Of a DNA stretch of 64,000 bases, positions 26,064 to 34,770 are shown piece by piece; the stretch's first letter is position 1; each line of letters opens with the position of its first letter. This stretch comes from Minisyncoccota bacterium (GTDB lineage Bacteria; Verrucomicrobiota; Verrucomicrobiia; Limisphaerales; UBA8199), in contig DAOTCE010000015.1 in NCBI GenBank assembly GCA_035452965.1, positions 33,818 to 97,817 on the forward strand, given 5' to 3'. A program made the position numbers and the translations under genes. The notes beneath the pieces were generated by a model. The model had not been told where the DNA came from and did not search any database. It worked only from the letters and a program-made list of their open reading frames with translations.

Positions 26064-27431
26064 ATGAATGCACCTATGAAGACCCAAATGAATCGTCGTG
26101 ATTTCCTGAGAAGCTCCACCGCCGCCCTGGCGGCCATCAGCTTGCCAGCAATCATCCCCGCGTCGGCCTTCGGCGCCGGCAACAAGATCGCTCTGGGCTG
26201 CATCGGCGTCGGCGGGATGGGCACGGGGAACATGAAGAGCTTCCTGGCGCTCGAGGACTGTCGGGTCGTGGCCGTTTGCGACACCTACGAGGACCGCCGC
26301 CAGAAGGCCAAGAATCTGGCGGACACGCAGTATGGGGACAAAGGCTGCGCAATGCACGACGACTACCGCGAGGTGATCGCGCGGAAGGACATTGACGCGG
26401 TGATGATCGCCGCGCAGGACCATTGGCACGCCCTGATCGCCACCGCCGCAGCCGCCGCGGGCAAGGACATGTATCTGGAGAAACCGATGGGCACATCAGT
26501 CGAGCAGAGCCAGAAGATTCTCCGGGCCGTTCGCAAGCATAAGCGCGTGTTCCAGGCCGGCACGTGGCAGCGGTCGCAGGGCAAGTTCCGCCAGGCCTGC
26601 GCCCTGGTCCGCAACGGCTACATCGGCAGTCTGCGCGAAATGCAGGTTGGCGCGCCCGGCCCGCAATACCAGCCCAAGTATGCCGGCTCCCTTGAGCCGC
26701 AGCCGGTGCCCGCGGGTTTCAACTGGGAAATGTGGCGCGGGCCGGCGCCGGCCAATCCCTACAATCCGGGCCGCGTCGCGTGGCCGGATTGGTATCTCAT
26801 CTGGGACTATTGCGCCGGTTTCATCTGCAACTGGGGCGTGCATTACCTCGACATCGCCTACTGGGGCTGCCCGGCGTTGGCGACGGAGCCGTGCGAACTC
26901 GAATGCCAGGGCGTCTATCGCAAGAAAGGCTTGACCGACAATATTGAGAGCTGGAATGCCACCTTCACCCTCGCCAGCGGGGTGAAAATGGTCTTCACCG
27001 ACGTTTCCACCGAGCAGGAGGAGAAGACCGGCACGCGGTTCATTGGCGACAAGGGCTGGGTGCATGTGAGTCGCGCCGGCATCCGGGCCGAACCGGAATC
27101 ATTGCTGCAGGTCAGACCGAAGGCCGGCGAGACGCACCTCTATGAGGTGCCGGGAGAGGATGTGACGATCGTCAGGAAGGAAGGTGGCGATCGGGCCGCC
27201 TTCAAGGAGCTTAACCACGGCCAGAACTTCCTGGATTGCGTCCGCAGCCGCAAGGACCCGATCTCGAATGTTGAGGCGACGCATGTGGCATCCTATCTGG
27301 GCCTTATCGCGGAAATCGCGGCGCGGCTCCAGACGCGGTTGAAATGGGACCCTAAAAAGGAAAAGTTCATCGGCAATCGCGAGGCCAATCAGCGGCTAAG
27401 CCGGGCGCTGCACAACGGTTGGAAACTGTAA
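26064..27431 (+). CDS. TAT-exported Gfo/Idh/MocA-family NAD(P)-dependent oxidoreductase
   Basis: The ORF opens at 26019; the ATG at 26064 gives MNAPMKTQMNRRDFLRSSTAALAAISLPAIIPASAFG, a twin-arginine signal. It has the Rossmann block IALGCIGVGGMGTGN and DAVMIAAQDHWHA..GKDMYLEKP. Confidence 0.9.
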   Translation: MNAPMKTQMNRRDFLRSSTAALAAISLPAIIPASAFGAGNKIALGCIGVGGMGTGNMKSFLALEDCRVVAVCDTYEDRRQKAKNLADTQYGDKGCAMHDDYREVIARKDIDAVMIAAQDHWHALIATAAAAAGKDMYLEKPMGTSVEQSQKILRAVRKHKRVFQAGTWQRSQGKFRQACALVRNGYIGSLREMQVGAPGPQYQPKYAGSLEPQPVPAGFNWEMWRGPAPANPYNPGRVAWPDWYLIWDYCAGFICNWGVHYLDIAYWGCPALATEPCELECQGVYRKKGLTDNIESWNATFTLASGVKMVFTDVSTEQEEKTGTRFIGDKGWVHVSRAGIRAEPESLLQVRPKAGETHLYEVPGEDVTIVRKEGGDRAAFKELNHGQNFLDCVRSRKDPISNVEATHVASYLGLIAEIAARLQTRLKWDPKKEKFIGNREANQRLSRALHNGWKL

Positions 27432-27522
27432 AGAATGAAGTGGCGCCAGCCAGACAAACCACAGCGCGCCTCGGCGGGCTATGGCTGAGTGACCGGAAAA
27501 CCAAAACAAAGGAATCAACAGC

Positions 27523-28350
27523 ATGAGCAAGATCTACATTGGACTGAATGCGGAATTCTCGCGCAGCTCGGACAAGCCATTCGAGTGGGCGGTCCAGAAG
27601 GCGGCGGAGATGGGATACAAGTATTTTGAGCCGATGGTACACCTGGGCCGGGAATTGATGAGCGAAGCGGGCTATTTTCACACCGTTTCCATGTTCGACG
27701 ATCCCTGGCGCATCAGGGAGGCTTGCGACAAGGCGGGGCTGAAGATATCGGGCCTTCAATCGCACGGCCCGCTGGGCCGGCCCGACGTGCACGGCGAATA
27801 CATCAAGCTCGCCATTCGGGTCGCGGCCGAAATCGGCGTGCCGGTCATCAACACCGACGAAGGGATCAAGGCCAAGTGGACCACCGAGGAAGAAGACTTC
27901 GTGCTGATCAAATACACGCTGCAAGAGGCGGCATTCATTGCCGAGCGGCGGGGCATCAAGATCGGCATCGAGCCGCACGCGCAATACTCGCGCCATCCCG
28001 ATGGCCTCGACCGCATCTACAACCTGGTCAAGTCGCCTGCCATCGGCATCAACTTCGACACCGGGAATGTCTACCTGTGCGGGCACGATGTCTATGCGTG
28101 GCTGGAGCGCGTCGCTTCCCGGCTCGTTCATCTCCACGCCAAAGACATCTCCGTGGCGCACTCGGACGCCGAGCGCGGCAAGGTGACGGGAACGCCCGTC
28201 GGCTGCGCCTGCGGGGAGGGAGTGCTCGACTGGGCACGGATCATCCGGATCGTTAAAGAGAAGTGTCCACGCGACATTGTGTTCTCGGTTGAGTGCGGCA
28301 CGCCCGCGCAGGCGGCCAAGAGTCTCGATCACCTCTCGAAATTGGTGTAA
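27523..28350 (+). CDS. Xylose-isomerase-like TIM-barrel protein (sugar phosphate isomerase/epimerase family)
   Basis: 275 aa with no signal peptide. Family-typical blocks are GYKYFEP, VINTDEG, GIKIGIEPH, INFDTGNVYLCG and VHLHAKD. Confidence 0.88.
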   Translation: MSKIYIGLNAEFSRSSDKPFEWAVQKAAEMGYKYFEPMVHLGRELMSEAGYFHTVSMFDDPWRIREACDKAGLKISGLQSHGPLGRPDVHGEYIKLAIRVAAEIGVPVINTDEGIKAKWTTEEEDFVLIKYTLQEAAFIAERRGIKIGIEPHAQYSRHPDGLDRIYNLVKSPAIGINFDTGNVYLCGHDVYAWLERVASRLVHLHAKDISVAHSDAERGKVTGTPVGCACGEGVLDWARIIRIVKEKCPRDIVFSVECGTPAQAAKSLDHLSKLV

Positions 28351-28386
28351 GCCGGCGGGCGCAGGGAGTGGCGCTTGTGTCACTAC

Positions 28387-28538
28387 CGGTTTGACCTGTG
28401 TGTTTAGCGTAGCGCAGGCGTCCTCGCCTGCGGGCTCCGGCCGCATCTCGCCCTCGGTTTGCATCCGCGCACCGACATGGCGCGCCAAACCGCAGGCGGG
28501 GACGCCTGCGCTACGCTAAACACATACGGTTTGACCTG
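28387..28538. mobile_element. MITE-like insertion: 126-bp element with 35-bp terminal inverted repeats, flanked by a 12-bp direct duplication
   Basis: The left arm TGTGTTTAGCGTAGCGCAGGCGTCCTCGCCTGCGG (28399-28433) matches the reverse complement of 28490-28524 at 34 of 35 positions. The direct repeat CGGTTTGACCTG occurs at 28387-28398 and 28527-28538. Each arm contains the sub-hairpin GCAGGCG-N4-CGCCTGC. It is intergenic, between the TIM-barrel gene and the ARH-like gene. Confidence 0.55.
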
Positions 28539-28630
28539 CTGGTGCTGCCAGGCGCCAGAGTGACTGGTGGCACGTAATACGGCGGCTCTTTCTCGTTTAC
28601 AGCGCCGCCGGTTTTCTGCACGGTGGCGGC

Positions 28631-30322
28631 ATGAAACGACTCGTTCTGCTCCTGCTTGCGTTCGTTTGCACCCCAACTTTCGCCTGGCGCCTGGCGGCAG
28701 CGCCGCCCAAAGCCACCGAGTTTCACCGCCTGTCGCTGGCGGAGTTCCGCGACAAGATGATGGGCGGCTGGGCAGGCCAGATCGCCGGGGTTTGCTGGGG
28801 CGCGCCGACGGAGTTTAAATACAAGGACCAGATCATTCCTTTGGACCACGTGCCGGTTTGGAAGCCGTCGCTCATCAACAACGCGTTTGGACAGGACGAC
28901 CTGTATGTCGAGATGACCTTCCTGCGCACGCTCGAGCAGTATGGCCTGAAGGTCTCCATCCGCCAGGCTGGCCTCGATTTCGCCAATAGCGGCTATCCGC
29001 TCTGGTGCGCAAACAAGGCCGGACGGGACAATCTTCGCGCCGGCATTGCTCCGCCCGATTCCGGCCACCCAAAGTTCAACAAGTGCCCGAACGACATTGA
29101 TTACCAGATCGAGGCCGATTATTCGGGCCTGATCGCGCCGGGCTTGCCGCAGTTTGCCATCGAGATGGGCGAGAAGTTCGGGCGGCTGATGAATTACGGG
29201 GATGGCATGTATGCGGGGCAATTTGTCGGCGCGCTCTATGCCGCGGCCTTCTTCGAGAGCGACCCGGTGAAGATCGTCGAGACGGCGCTGCAGGCCATTC
29301 CGGCGGAGAGTCAGTATGCCGAAATGGTCCGGGACCTCGTTGCGTGGTATCGTGCCGACCCGAACGATTGGGAGAAAGCCTGGCGGCTTTGCCAGAAGAA
29401 ATACCGCGAGAACCCGGACTACCAGAAGGCGTCAAACGGGGGTATTGACTGCAAAATCAACGGCGCCTACGTGTTGCTCGGCCTGCTTTGGGGCCAGCGC
29501 GACCCGGACCGCACGATCATCATCTCCATGCGGGGCGGCCAGGATTCCGACTGCAATCCGTCCAGTTCGGCTGGGGTGCTGTTCACCACGATGGGCTTTG
29601 CGAACCTGCCGGAACGATTCACGAAGGAGCTGAACCAGACCAACATCTTCAGCCACACGGTTTACAGTTTCCCGAAGCTCATTGCCGTTTGCGAGAGCCT
29701 CGCCCGGCAGGTCGTCAAGAGCGCCGGCGGCAAGGTCGCTCGCGAAAGAGGCGAGGAAGTCTTCTATATCCCCGCGCGGGCGCCGCAGCCGAGCAGACTG
29801 GAGCTGAGCTGGGCGCCCGGCCCGATTGCGAACAGCCGCTACACACCCGCCGAGATGTCAAAGATCAAGGTAGGCAACTCGCCCGCGCAGATGCACGCGG
29901 CGCTGGAGAAGTTCGCGCCTGGCTGGCAAATCACCAACTGCGGCCCCGACATGGACCCCGGTCTGCGCGCGGATTGGGGCGGCAAGAAGAATGTGCTGGT
30001 CACACATCCACTCGACGACCATACCGGCTGTGTCCTGAGCAAGAAGACCAAAGTGCCGGCGGGCAAGAAGGCCACGCTGCGACTGGTTGTCGGCCATGAC
30101 CCTCAGGGCGACTTCGACCTCATTGTGCGGGCGGATGGCAGGGAACTTCTGCGCAAACCCGTATCCAAGGCCACTGCTACCAGCGACCCTTGGTTGGAGC
30201 AGGTGGTGGACATCTCCGGATTCGCCGGCCAGAAGGCGCCAAAGATCGAGCTGATCAATCAGCCCTCTGGATGGTCTTTTGAGGCGGCCTATTGGGCGGA
30301 GATTTCGGTTGTGACGGAGTAA
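28631..30322 (+). CDS. Secreted ADP-ribosylglycohydrolase-fold protein with an extra C-terminal beta-rich domain
   Basis: 563 aa with the signal peptide MKRLVLLLLAFVCTPTFAWRLAAA. ARH-family-like blocks are MMGGWAGQIAGVCWGAPTEFKY, NDIDYQIEADY and ISMRGGQDSDCNPSSSAGVLFTTMG. About 150 additional C-terminal residues follow. Confidence 0.8.
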   Translation: MKRLVLLLLAFVCTPTFAWRLAAAPPKATEFHRLSLAEFRDKMMGGWAGQIAGVCWGAPTEFKYKDQIIPLDHVPVWKPSLINNAFGQDDLYVEMTFLRTLEQYGLKVSIRQAGLDFANSGYPLWCANKAGRDNLRAGIAPPDSGHPKFNKCPNDIDYQIEADYSGLIAPGLPQFAIEMGEKFGRLMNYGDGMYAGQFVGALYAAAFFESDPVKIVETALQAIPAESQYAEMVRDLVAWYRADPNDWEKAWRLCQKKYRENPDYQKASNGGIDCKINGAYVLLGLLWGQRDPDRTIIISMRGGQDSDCNPSSSAGVLFTTMGFANLPERFTKELNQTNIFSHTVYSFPKLIAVCESLARQVVKSAGGKVARERGEEVFYIPARAPQPSRLELSWAPGPIANSRYTPAEMSKIKVGNSPAQMHAALEKFAPGWQITNCGPDMDPGLRADWGGKKNVLVTHPLDDHTGCVLSKKTKVPAGKKATLRLVVGHDPQGDFDLIVRADGRELLRKPVSKATATSDPWLEQVVDISGFAGQKAPKIELINQPSGWSFEAAYWAEISVVTE

Positions 30323-30340
30323 GGCGTCCGGCGGAAGGGA

Positions 30341-31873
30341 CTACTGCCTCGGGTTAAGGCGGAAGACGCGATTGATGGATGGCGGAATCTCGTCCGGGCG
30401 GTGCGTGACGTAAATAACCGTGGTGGCGCGGCTGCGAATAAGGCCGTCCACAGTGTTGACGAAGAAGCGCCGGTGCGCCGAATCAAGGCCCTGGCAGGGC
30501 TCATCCAGGATAAGCAGGCGGGGGCATTTCACCAGGGCGCGTGCGAGCAACACCATTCGCTGGAGGCCCGCCGACAGAGCGAAGAGCGGCTCCGAAGCGC
30601 ATTCGAGCAGGTGAAACCGCACCAGCCAACGCCGGACAGCGGCGCGCTGACGCGAGGAGGGGCGCTCGAACAAGCCAATCGCGTCGTAGAGACCGGAGGC
30701 CACCACCTCGAAGCAGGTCACCGAATCGGTAAAGTGAAGGTGCAGCTCGGGCGAAACCCAGCCTATCGGCCTCCTGATCTCCCAGACAGACTCTCCCCGG
30801 CCACGCGGCTGGCCAAAGACGGTGATATCGTTGGCATAGACCTGCGGATTATCTCCGATAATGAGACTGAGCAGAGTGGTCTTGCCCGATCCGTTGGGGC
30901 CAAGCAGCGCCCAACTTTCTCCGGCGCGGACGATCCAGTTGACGTCGTGTAAAACAGTGATGTCTCCGTAGCGCACCGTGGCATTGCGGAGCCGGACCAC
31001 CTCGGCGCCTGCGCGGGCAGGGGTAGATCTGGCGGGCCTATCCATTCCCTTGCGCAGCCCAGCTGTTTTAGACAGGCAAACAGGCCGCCTGCAATGGGGC
31101 AGCGATAGGATGTCCGCTCGCGAGCCGGCGGCGACAATCCGGCATTCGGCCACGCAAAGCACGTGGGTCACCTGGCGCGGGAGGTCTTCGGGCCGCGTCG
31201 CAATGAGCAGTATCCGCAGAGGAGTCTCCATGAGCCTTTCCAGAACAACGTGGAAGCGGGCGCGGGTACCGGCGTCCAATCTGGCGAAGGCCTCATCCAG
31301 AATGAGCAGCCGCATGGGACGCGACAACCCTCGCGCCAATTGGACTCGCTGCCGTTCGCCGTTGGAGAGAGAAATGAGGCGGCGGTCCAGAAAGGGTCCG
31401 ACCCGGAGCAGAGCGACGGCGCGACGCATCCGGCTTTCGAAGCGGGGGCGTGCGTGTAGATGCTGTGCGGAGACCTCGAACGGATTGACCTCCATGACTC
31501 GCTCGTAAGACAGGAAATCGCGCACGCGCAAGGCGTTCTCGTCGTCGAGGCTGTTCCAGCGAGACTGGACAACGGCGTCGAGGTTTTCGGCCTTGCGGTG
31601 CTCGAAGGAGACGTGGCTGATGGCTTCCTCGGGCGCGAGTCCCGGCAGCGGCCTGAATTGGTAAAGCAGTTCCCCGCCCACCAGTGGCAAGCGGCCGCGC
31701 AAGGCTTCCGCCAGGAGAGATTTGCCCGACCCGTTGGCGCCCAGGATGGCCCAGTGCTCCGACCGCCGGAAAATCCAGGTACTGTGCTCGAACACCAGCC
31801 GGTCCCCCAGGCGGAACGAAGCGTCCAACAAGGAGAGAAATGGCGGAGGGTGATGCGGCTTTGGTAAGGTCAT
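30341..31873 (-). CDS. Tandem-domain ABC ATPase without an adjacent permease (ModF-like)
   Basis: The ORF opens at 31939; ATG at 31873 (MTLPKPHH) is preferred. It has two ABC cassettes. The first is GANGSGKS / LSNGERQRVQLARGL / LLILDEAF. The second is GPNGSGKTTL / LSAGLQRMVLLARAL / LLILDEPCQGLD. Confidence 0.88.
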   Translation of the reverse strand: MTLPKPHHPPPFLSLLDASFRLGDRLVFEHSTWIFRRSEHWAILGANGSGKSLLAEALRGRLPLVGGELLYQFRPLPGLAPEEAISHVSFEHRKAENLDAVVQSRWNSLDDENALRVRDFLSYERVMEVNPFEVSAQHLHARPRFESRMRRAVALLRVGPFLDRRLISLSNGERQRVQLARGLSRPMRLLILDEAFARLDAGTRARFHVVLERLMETPLRILLIATRPEDLPRQVTHVLCVAECRIVAAGSRADILSLPHCRRPVCLSKTAGLRKGMDRPARSTPARAGAEVVRLRNATVRYGDITVLHDVNWIVRAGESWALLGPNGSGKTTLLSLIIGDNPQVYANDITVFGQPRGRGESVWEIRRPIGWVSPELHLHFTDSVTCFEVVASGLYDAIGLFERPSSRQRAAVRRWLVRFHLLECASEPLFALSAGLQRMVLLARALVKCPRLLILDEPCQGLDSAHRRFFVNTVDGLIRSRATTVIYVTHRPDEIPPSINRVFRLNPRQ

Positions 31874-31899
31874 GCAGAAACTCGTCCGGGGCATGCTGT

Positions 31900-31936
31900 C
31901 CGAAGCGGCAGCCGTCTCCAAATAGAAAAGACTCCT
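31900..31936 (+). promoter_or_regulatory. Copy 1 of a conserved 37-nt intergenic motif
   Basis: CCGAAGCGGCAGCCGTCTCCAAATAGAAAAGACTCCT matches 34771-34807 at 34 of 37 positions, and the flanks are unrelated. It lies in the divergent region between the ABC ATPase and the GloVer-repeat gene. Confidence 0.5.
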
Positions 31937-32333
31937 CATCCATCGGTGTGCACGGTGTTAGGAGTTCTTTGAGCGACGCGGCGGCGAAACCGCATTGGGC
32001 TGCCTGTGGGGTGAACACCCCATAGCGGAAATTCCGGTCTGGTCTAGAATTCACGCTTATGAGAGCCTTCCTAAGGAGAAAGAGGATAGGAGTGTATTAC
32101 CGTGGCTCGGGTAGGGCTTACGGCGGTCTTGGGCAGGCGCTGCATTTCCCGAGCGTTTCGGCGGCCGCCCGGCTCGCCCTCATTGAGGGTCTGGCCGACG
32201 TGGAGATAGTCTTGCGTTGCGATTACCTCACCCGCACAGCGGGCTGAGTGTGCGCGGCGCGCAAGAGTAGATCATTAACGTTCCAGGAGGATTCGCCCCC
32301 GAAATCCGCATGAATGACTGAAAGGCATTATTT

Positions 32334-34529
32334 GTGAGTGAATTTAACCTCGTCCGGAAATCGAGTCTCGCGGGTTGTCTCCTGCTGTACCTGGGGGCGC
32401 TGTGTTTTCAGATGCGCGGCGCCACAAACGACGACTTCTCAAATGCACAGAACCTCACCGGCGCCAGCGGCACGACAACCGGGGACAACATCGGAGCCAC
32501 CAAAGCACCGGGCGAACCGGATCACGCTGACAACAGTGGCGGCAGTTCTGTGTGGTACAACTGGACCGCGCCGAGCGACGGCTCGTTCTTCTTCAGCACC
32601 TTCGGGAGCGAGATCGACACCGTGCTGGCCGTTTATACGGGCAACACGGTGAACAATCTGACGCCGGTTGCCAGCAATGGTGATGCAAACTTCGACCTCA
32701 CCAGCATCGTGAGTTTCCTGGCAACGAGCGGCACTACCTATCGGGTGGCCATTGACGGATATGACGGGGAGAGCGGGGCGCTGGTCCTGGACTGGGGACC
32801 AGAAGTTCCCCCTGCCAACGACAACTTCGCCGACGCGCTGCTCATCAGCGGGACCGCCGGCAGTGTGGCCGCGACCAATGCTGGCGCGAGCATGGAAACC
32901 GGCGAACCCGACCATGCGGGGGCCCCCGGGGGGCGATCCGTGTGGTTTCAGTGGACGGCGACCACCACGAATGAGATGTCCATGACCACCGCGGGCAGCG
33001 ATTTCGACACCACGCTGGCCGTATATACAGGCACAAGCGTGGATGCGCTGGCGGAGGTGGCAAGCAATGATGCCTTTGAGGAGGATGGCACGAGCGTCGT
33101 CATCTTTCTTCCCTCGGCGGGAACGACGTATCGCATCGCGGTGGATGGCTTCCCGGGCGCGATGGGAACGGTGATGTTGAATTGGGGGCCGTACGATAAT
33201 GGCGCTGAGCCCGCGCTCAAGGTTAGTTTCTCGCCGCTGCGGCATTTCACGAATGACACGGACGGCTTTTGGCCGCAGGCCCCATTAATTGGATTCGGAG
33301 ACCGGCTTTACGGTACGACACCCACCGATGTTACGGGCGACGGAACTGTTTTCGCGCTCAACACGGATGGCACCGGATTCACGGTGCTGAAGGCATTTGC
33401 CAGCGGCGCGGACGGAGGCGCGCCACACGCCGGATTGATTGCGTCCGGAGAGACGTTGTACGGAACGGTCTCCGCCGGCGGTGCTGGTCTCCGGGGCGCG
33501 GTGTTTGCCATCAATACGAATGGCACAGGGTTTGACCTTCTGCACAGCTTTCCACCCACTTCCGGTCCGCTGTCCACCAATGCCGATGGGGCGCGTCCGG
33601 AAGCCGAACTGGTTCTATCGGGAGACACTCTCTACGGCGTGGCGCGATACGGCGGCAACTCTGGCGCAGGAACCGTCTTCTCCCTGAAGACCAATGGAAC
33701 AGCCTTCACAACGCTGCATCACTTTCCTGAAGTCCTTGGCGAGTCCGAATCCAACAGCGAGGGCGCGAATCCGGTGGGCAGCCTCGTGATCAGGGGAGAC
33801 ACTTTGTACGGGGCGGCCGTCACTGGCGGCAATCTGGGCTATGGAACAGTGTTTGCGCTCAAGACCAACGGCACGGGCTTTGGAACGCTGCGCCATTTCG
33901 ACGGGACGGATGGACTGTTTCCCCGGGCCTTGATCCTGGCGGGAGACATTTTGTATGGAACCGCCACTGACACCTTGTTTGCGATGAATACCAACGGCAC
34001 TGGCTTTAGCAACCTGGCGAGCTTTGCCGCACCGAGCCGAGGTTCTCCTGACGGTCCCATCGTATTGTCCGGTGACCGGATTTATGGGTCCACTTACCAT
34101 GGTGGCATGGCGGGTATAGGCGCGATTTACTCCGTTCGCACCAATGGCGCCGGCTTTGTCTTGCTGCATCAGTTTCCGCCGACGGCTGGTCCGTCCTCAA
34201 CCAATAGTCAGGGTGCGTTTCCGCGTGGGCTGAGCCTGTTCGGGAACGCGCTCTATGGGGCCGTGGAAGGCGGCGGAATATGGGGTTATGGCACCGTGTT
34301 TCGCCTGGCGTTCCCTCCGCCCATGCTCGACATGGTCGCGGATGGCGCCAATGCCCTGCTTAGATGGCCAGCCTCTCCCGGCGGGTTCAACCTCCAAACC
34401 GCCACAAGTCTCGAGGCTCCAGTAAGCTGGAGCACCAATGGTGGGGTGACGGCTGTCGTCAATGGGCAGAATCTCGTGACCAATCCCGCCACTGGCACAC
34501 AGAGGTTTTACCGCCTCAAATTGCAGTGA
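32334..34529 (+). CDS. Secreted repeat protein: two N-terminal NDxF..GEPDH..DTxLAVYTG modules, GloVer (Gloeo_Verruco-type) tandem repeats, C-terminal FYR-ending module
   Basis: 731 aa with a GTG start and the signal peptide LAGCLLLYLGALCF. The duplicated ~130-aa modules are NDDFSNAQNL..GEPDHADNSGGSSVWYNWTAP..DTVLAVYTG and NDNFADALLI..GEPDHAGAPGGRSVWFQWTAT..DTTLAVYTG. About 8 repeats of the type LYGTx..GG..GxGTVFxLxTNGTGFxxLHxF follow. The protein ends ..QRFYRLKLQ. Confidence 0.85.
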   Translation: MSEFNLVRKSSLAGCLLLYLGALCFQMRGATNDDFSNAQNLTGASGTTTGDNIGATKAPGEPDHADNSGGSSVWYNWTAPSDGSFFFSTFGSEIDTVLAVYTGNTVNNLTPVASNGDANFDLTSIVSFLATSGTTYRVAIDGYDGESGALVLDWGPEVPPANDNFADALLISGTAGSVAATNAGASMETGEPDHAGAPGGRSVWFQWTATTTNEMSMTTAGSDFDTTLAVYTGTSVDALAEVASNDAFEEDGTSVVIFLPSAGTTYRIAVDGFPGAMGTVMLNWGPYDNGAEPALKVSFSPLRHFTNDTDGFWPQAPLIGFGDRLYGTTPTDVTGDGTVFALNTDGTGFTVLKAFASGADGGAPHAGLIASGETLYGTVSAGGAGLRGAVFAINTNGTGFDLLHSFPPTSGPLSTNADGARPEAELVLSGDTLYGVARYGGNSGAGTVFSLKTNGTAFTTLHHFPEVLGESESNSEGANPVGSLVIRGDTLYGAAVTGGNLGYGTVFALKTNGTGFGTLRHFDGTDGLFPRALILAGDILYGTATDTLFAMNTNGTGFSNLASFAAPSRGSPDGPIVLSGDRIYGSTYHGGMAGIGAIYSVRTNGAGFVLLHQFPPTAGPSSTNSQGAFPRGLSLFGNALYGAVEGGGIWGYGTVFRLAFPPPMLDMVADGANALLRWPASPGGFNLQTATSLEAPVSWSTNGGVTAVVNGQNLVTNPATGTQRFYRLKLQ

Positions 34530-34770
34530 CTCCACAGACTGGCCGGAGGTGCGGTGTCCTGCTGCTGCGTCTGGGTTGCCTCTTCTTCACTATAATTGGT
34601 AGTGCGGGGATGTGCGAAGAGTGATCTAACTGTGATTCTGACTTGCGCCGAGCCAGCCGGATACAACACCGCCGAGGCATTGCCTAAGTTCAAAAAGGTG
34701 GGTAAACCAGAATGGTGCTCAGTTAAGGCGTAGATTACTCGACAATAGGCGCCTGTAAGAGGCGAGCGAA

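Noticed and set aside
27367-28488. 373-aa minus-strand ORF covering the TIM-barrel gene region
   Set aside because: It is antisense to a well-supported isomerase-family CDS. The translation is Arg/Ala/Gly/Pro-rich with no recognisable motifs, which is the typical shadow ORF of a high-GC gene.
32059-32247. 62-aa plus-strand ORF upstream of the GloVer-repeat gene
   Set aside because: It has no motif, no hydrophobic segment and no evident ribosome-binding context, so there is not enough evidence to call a small protein.
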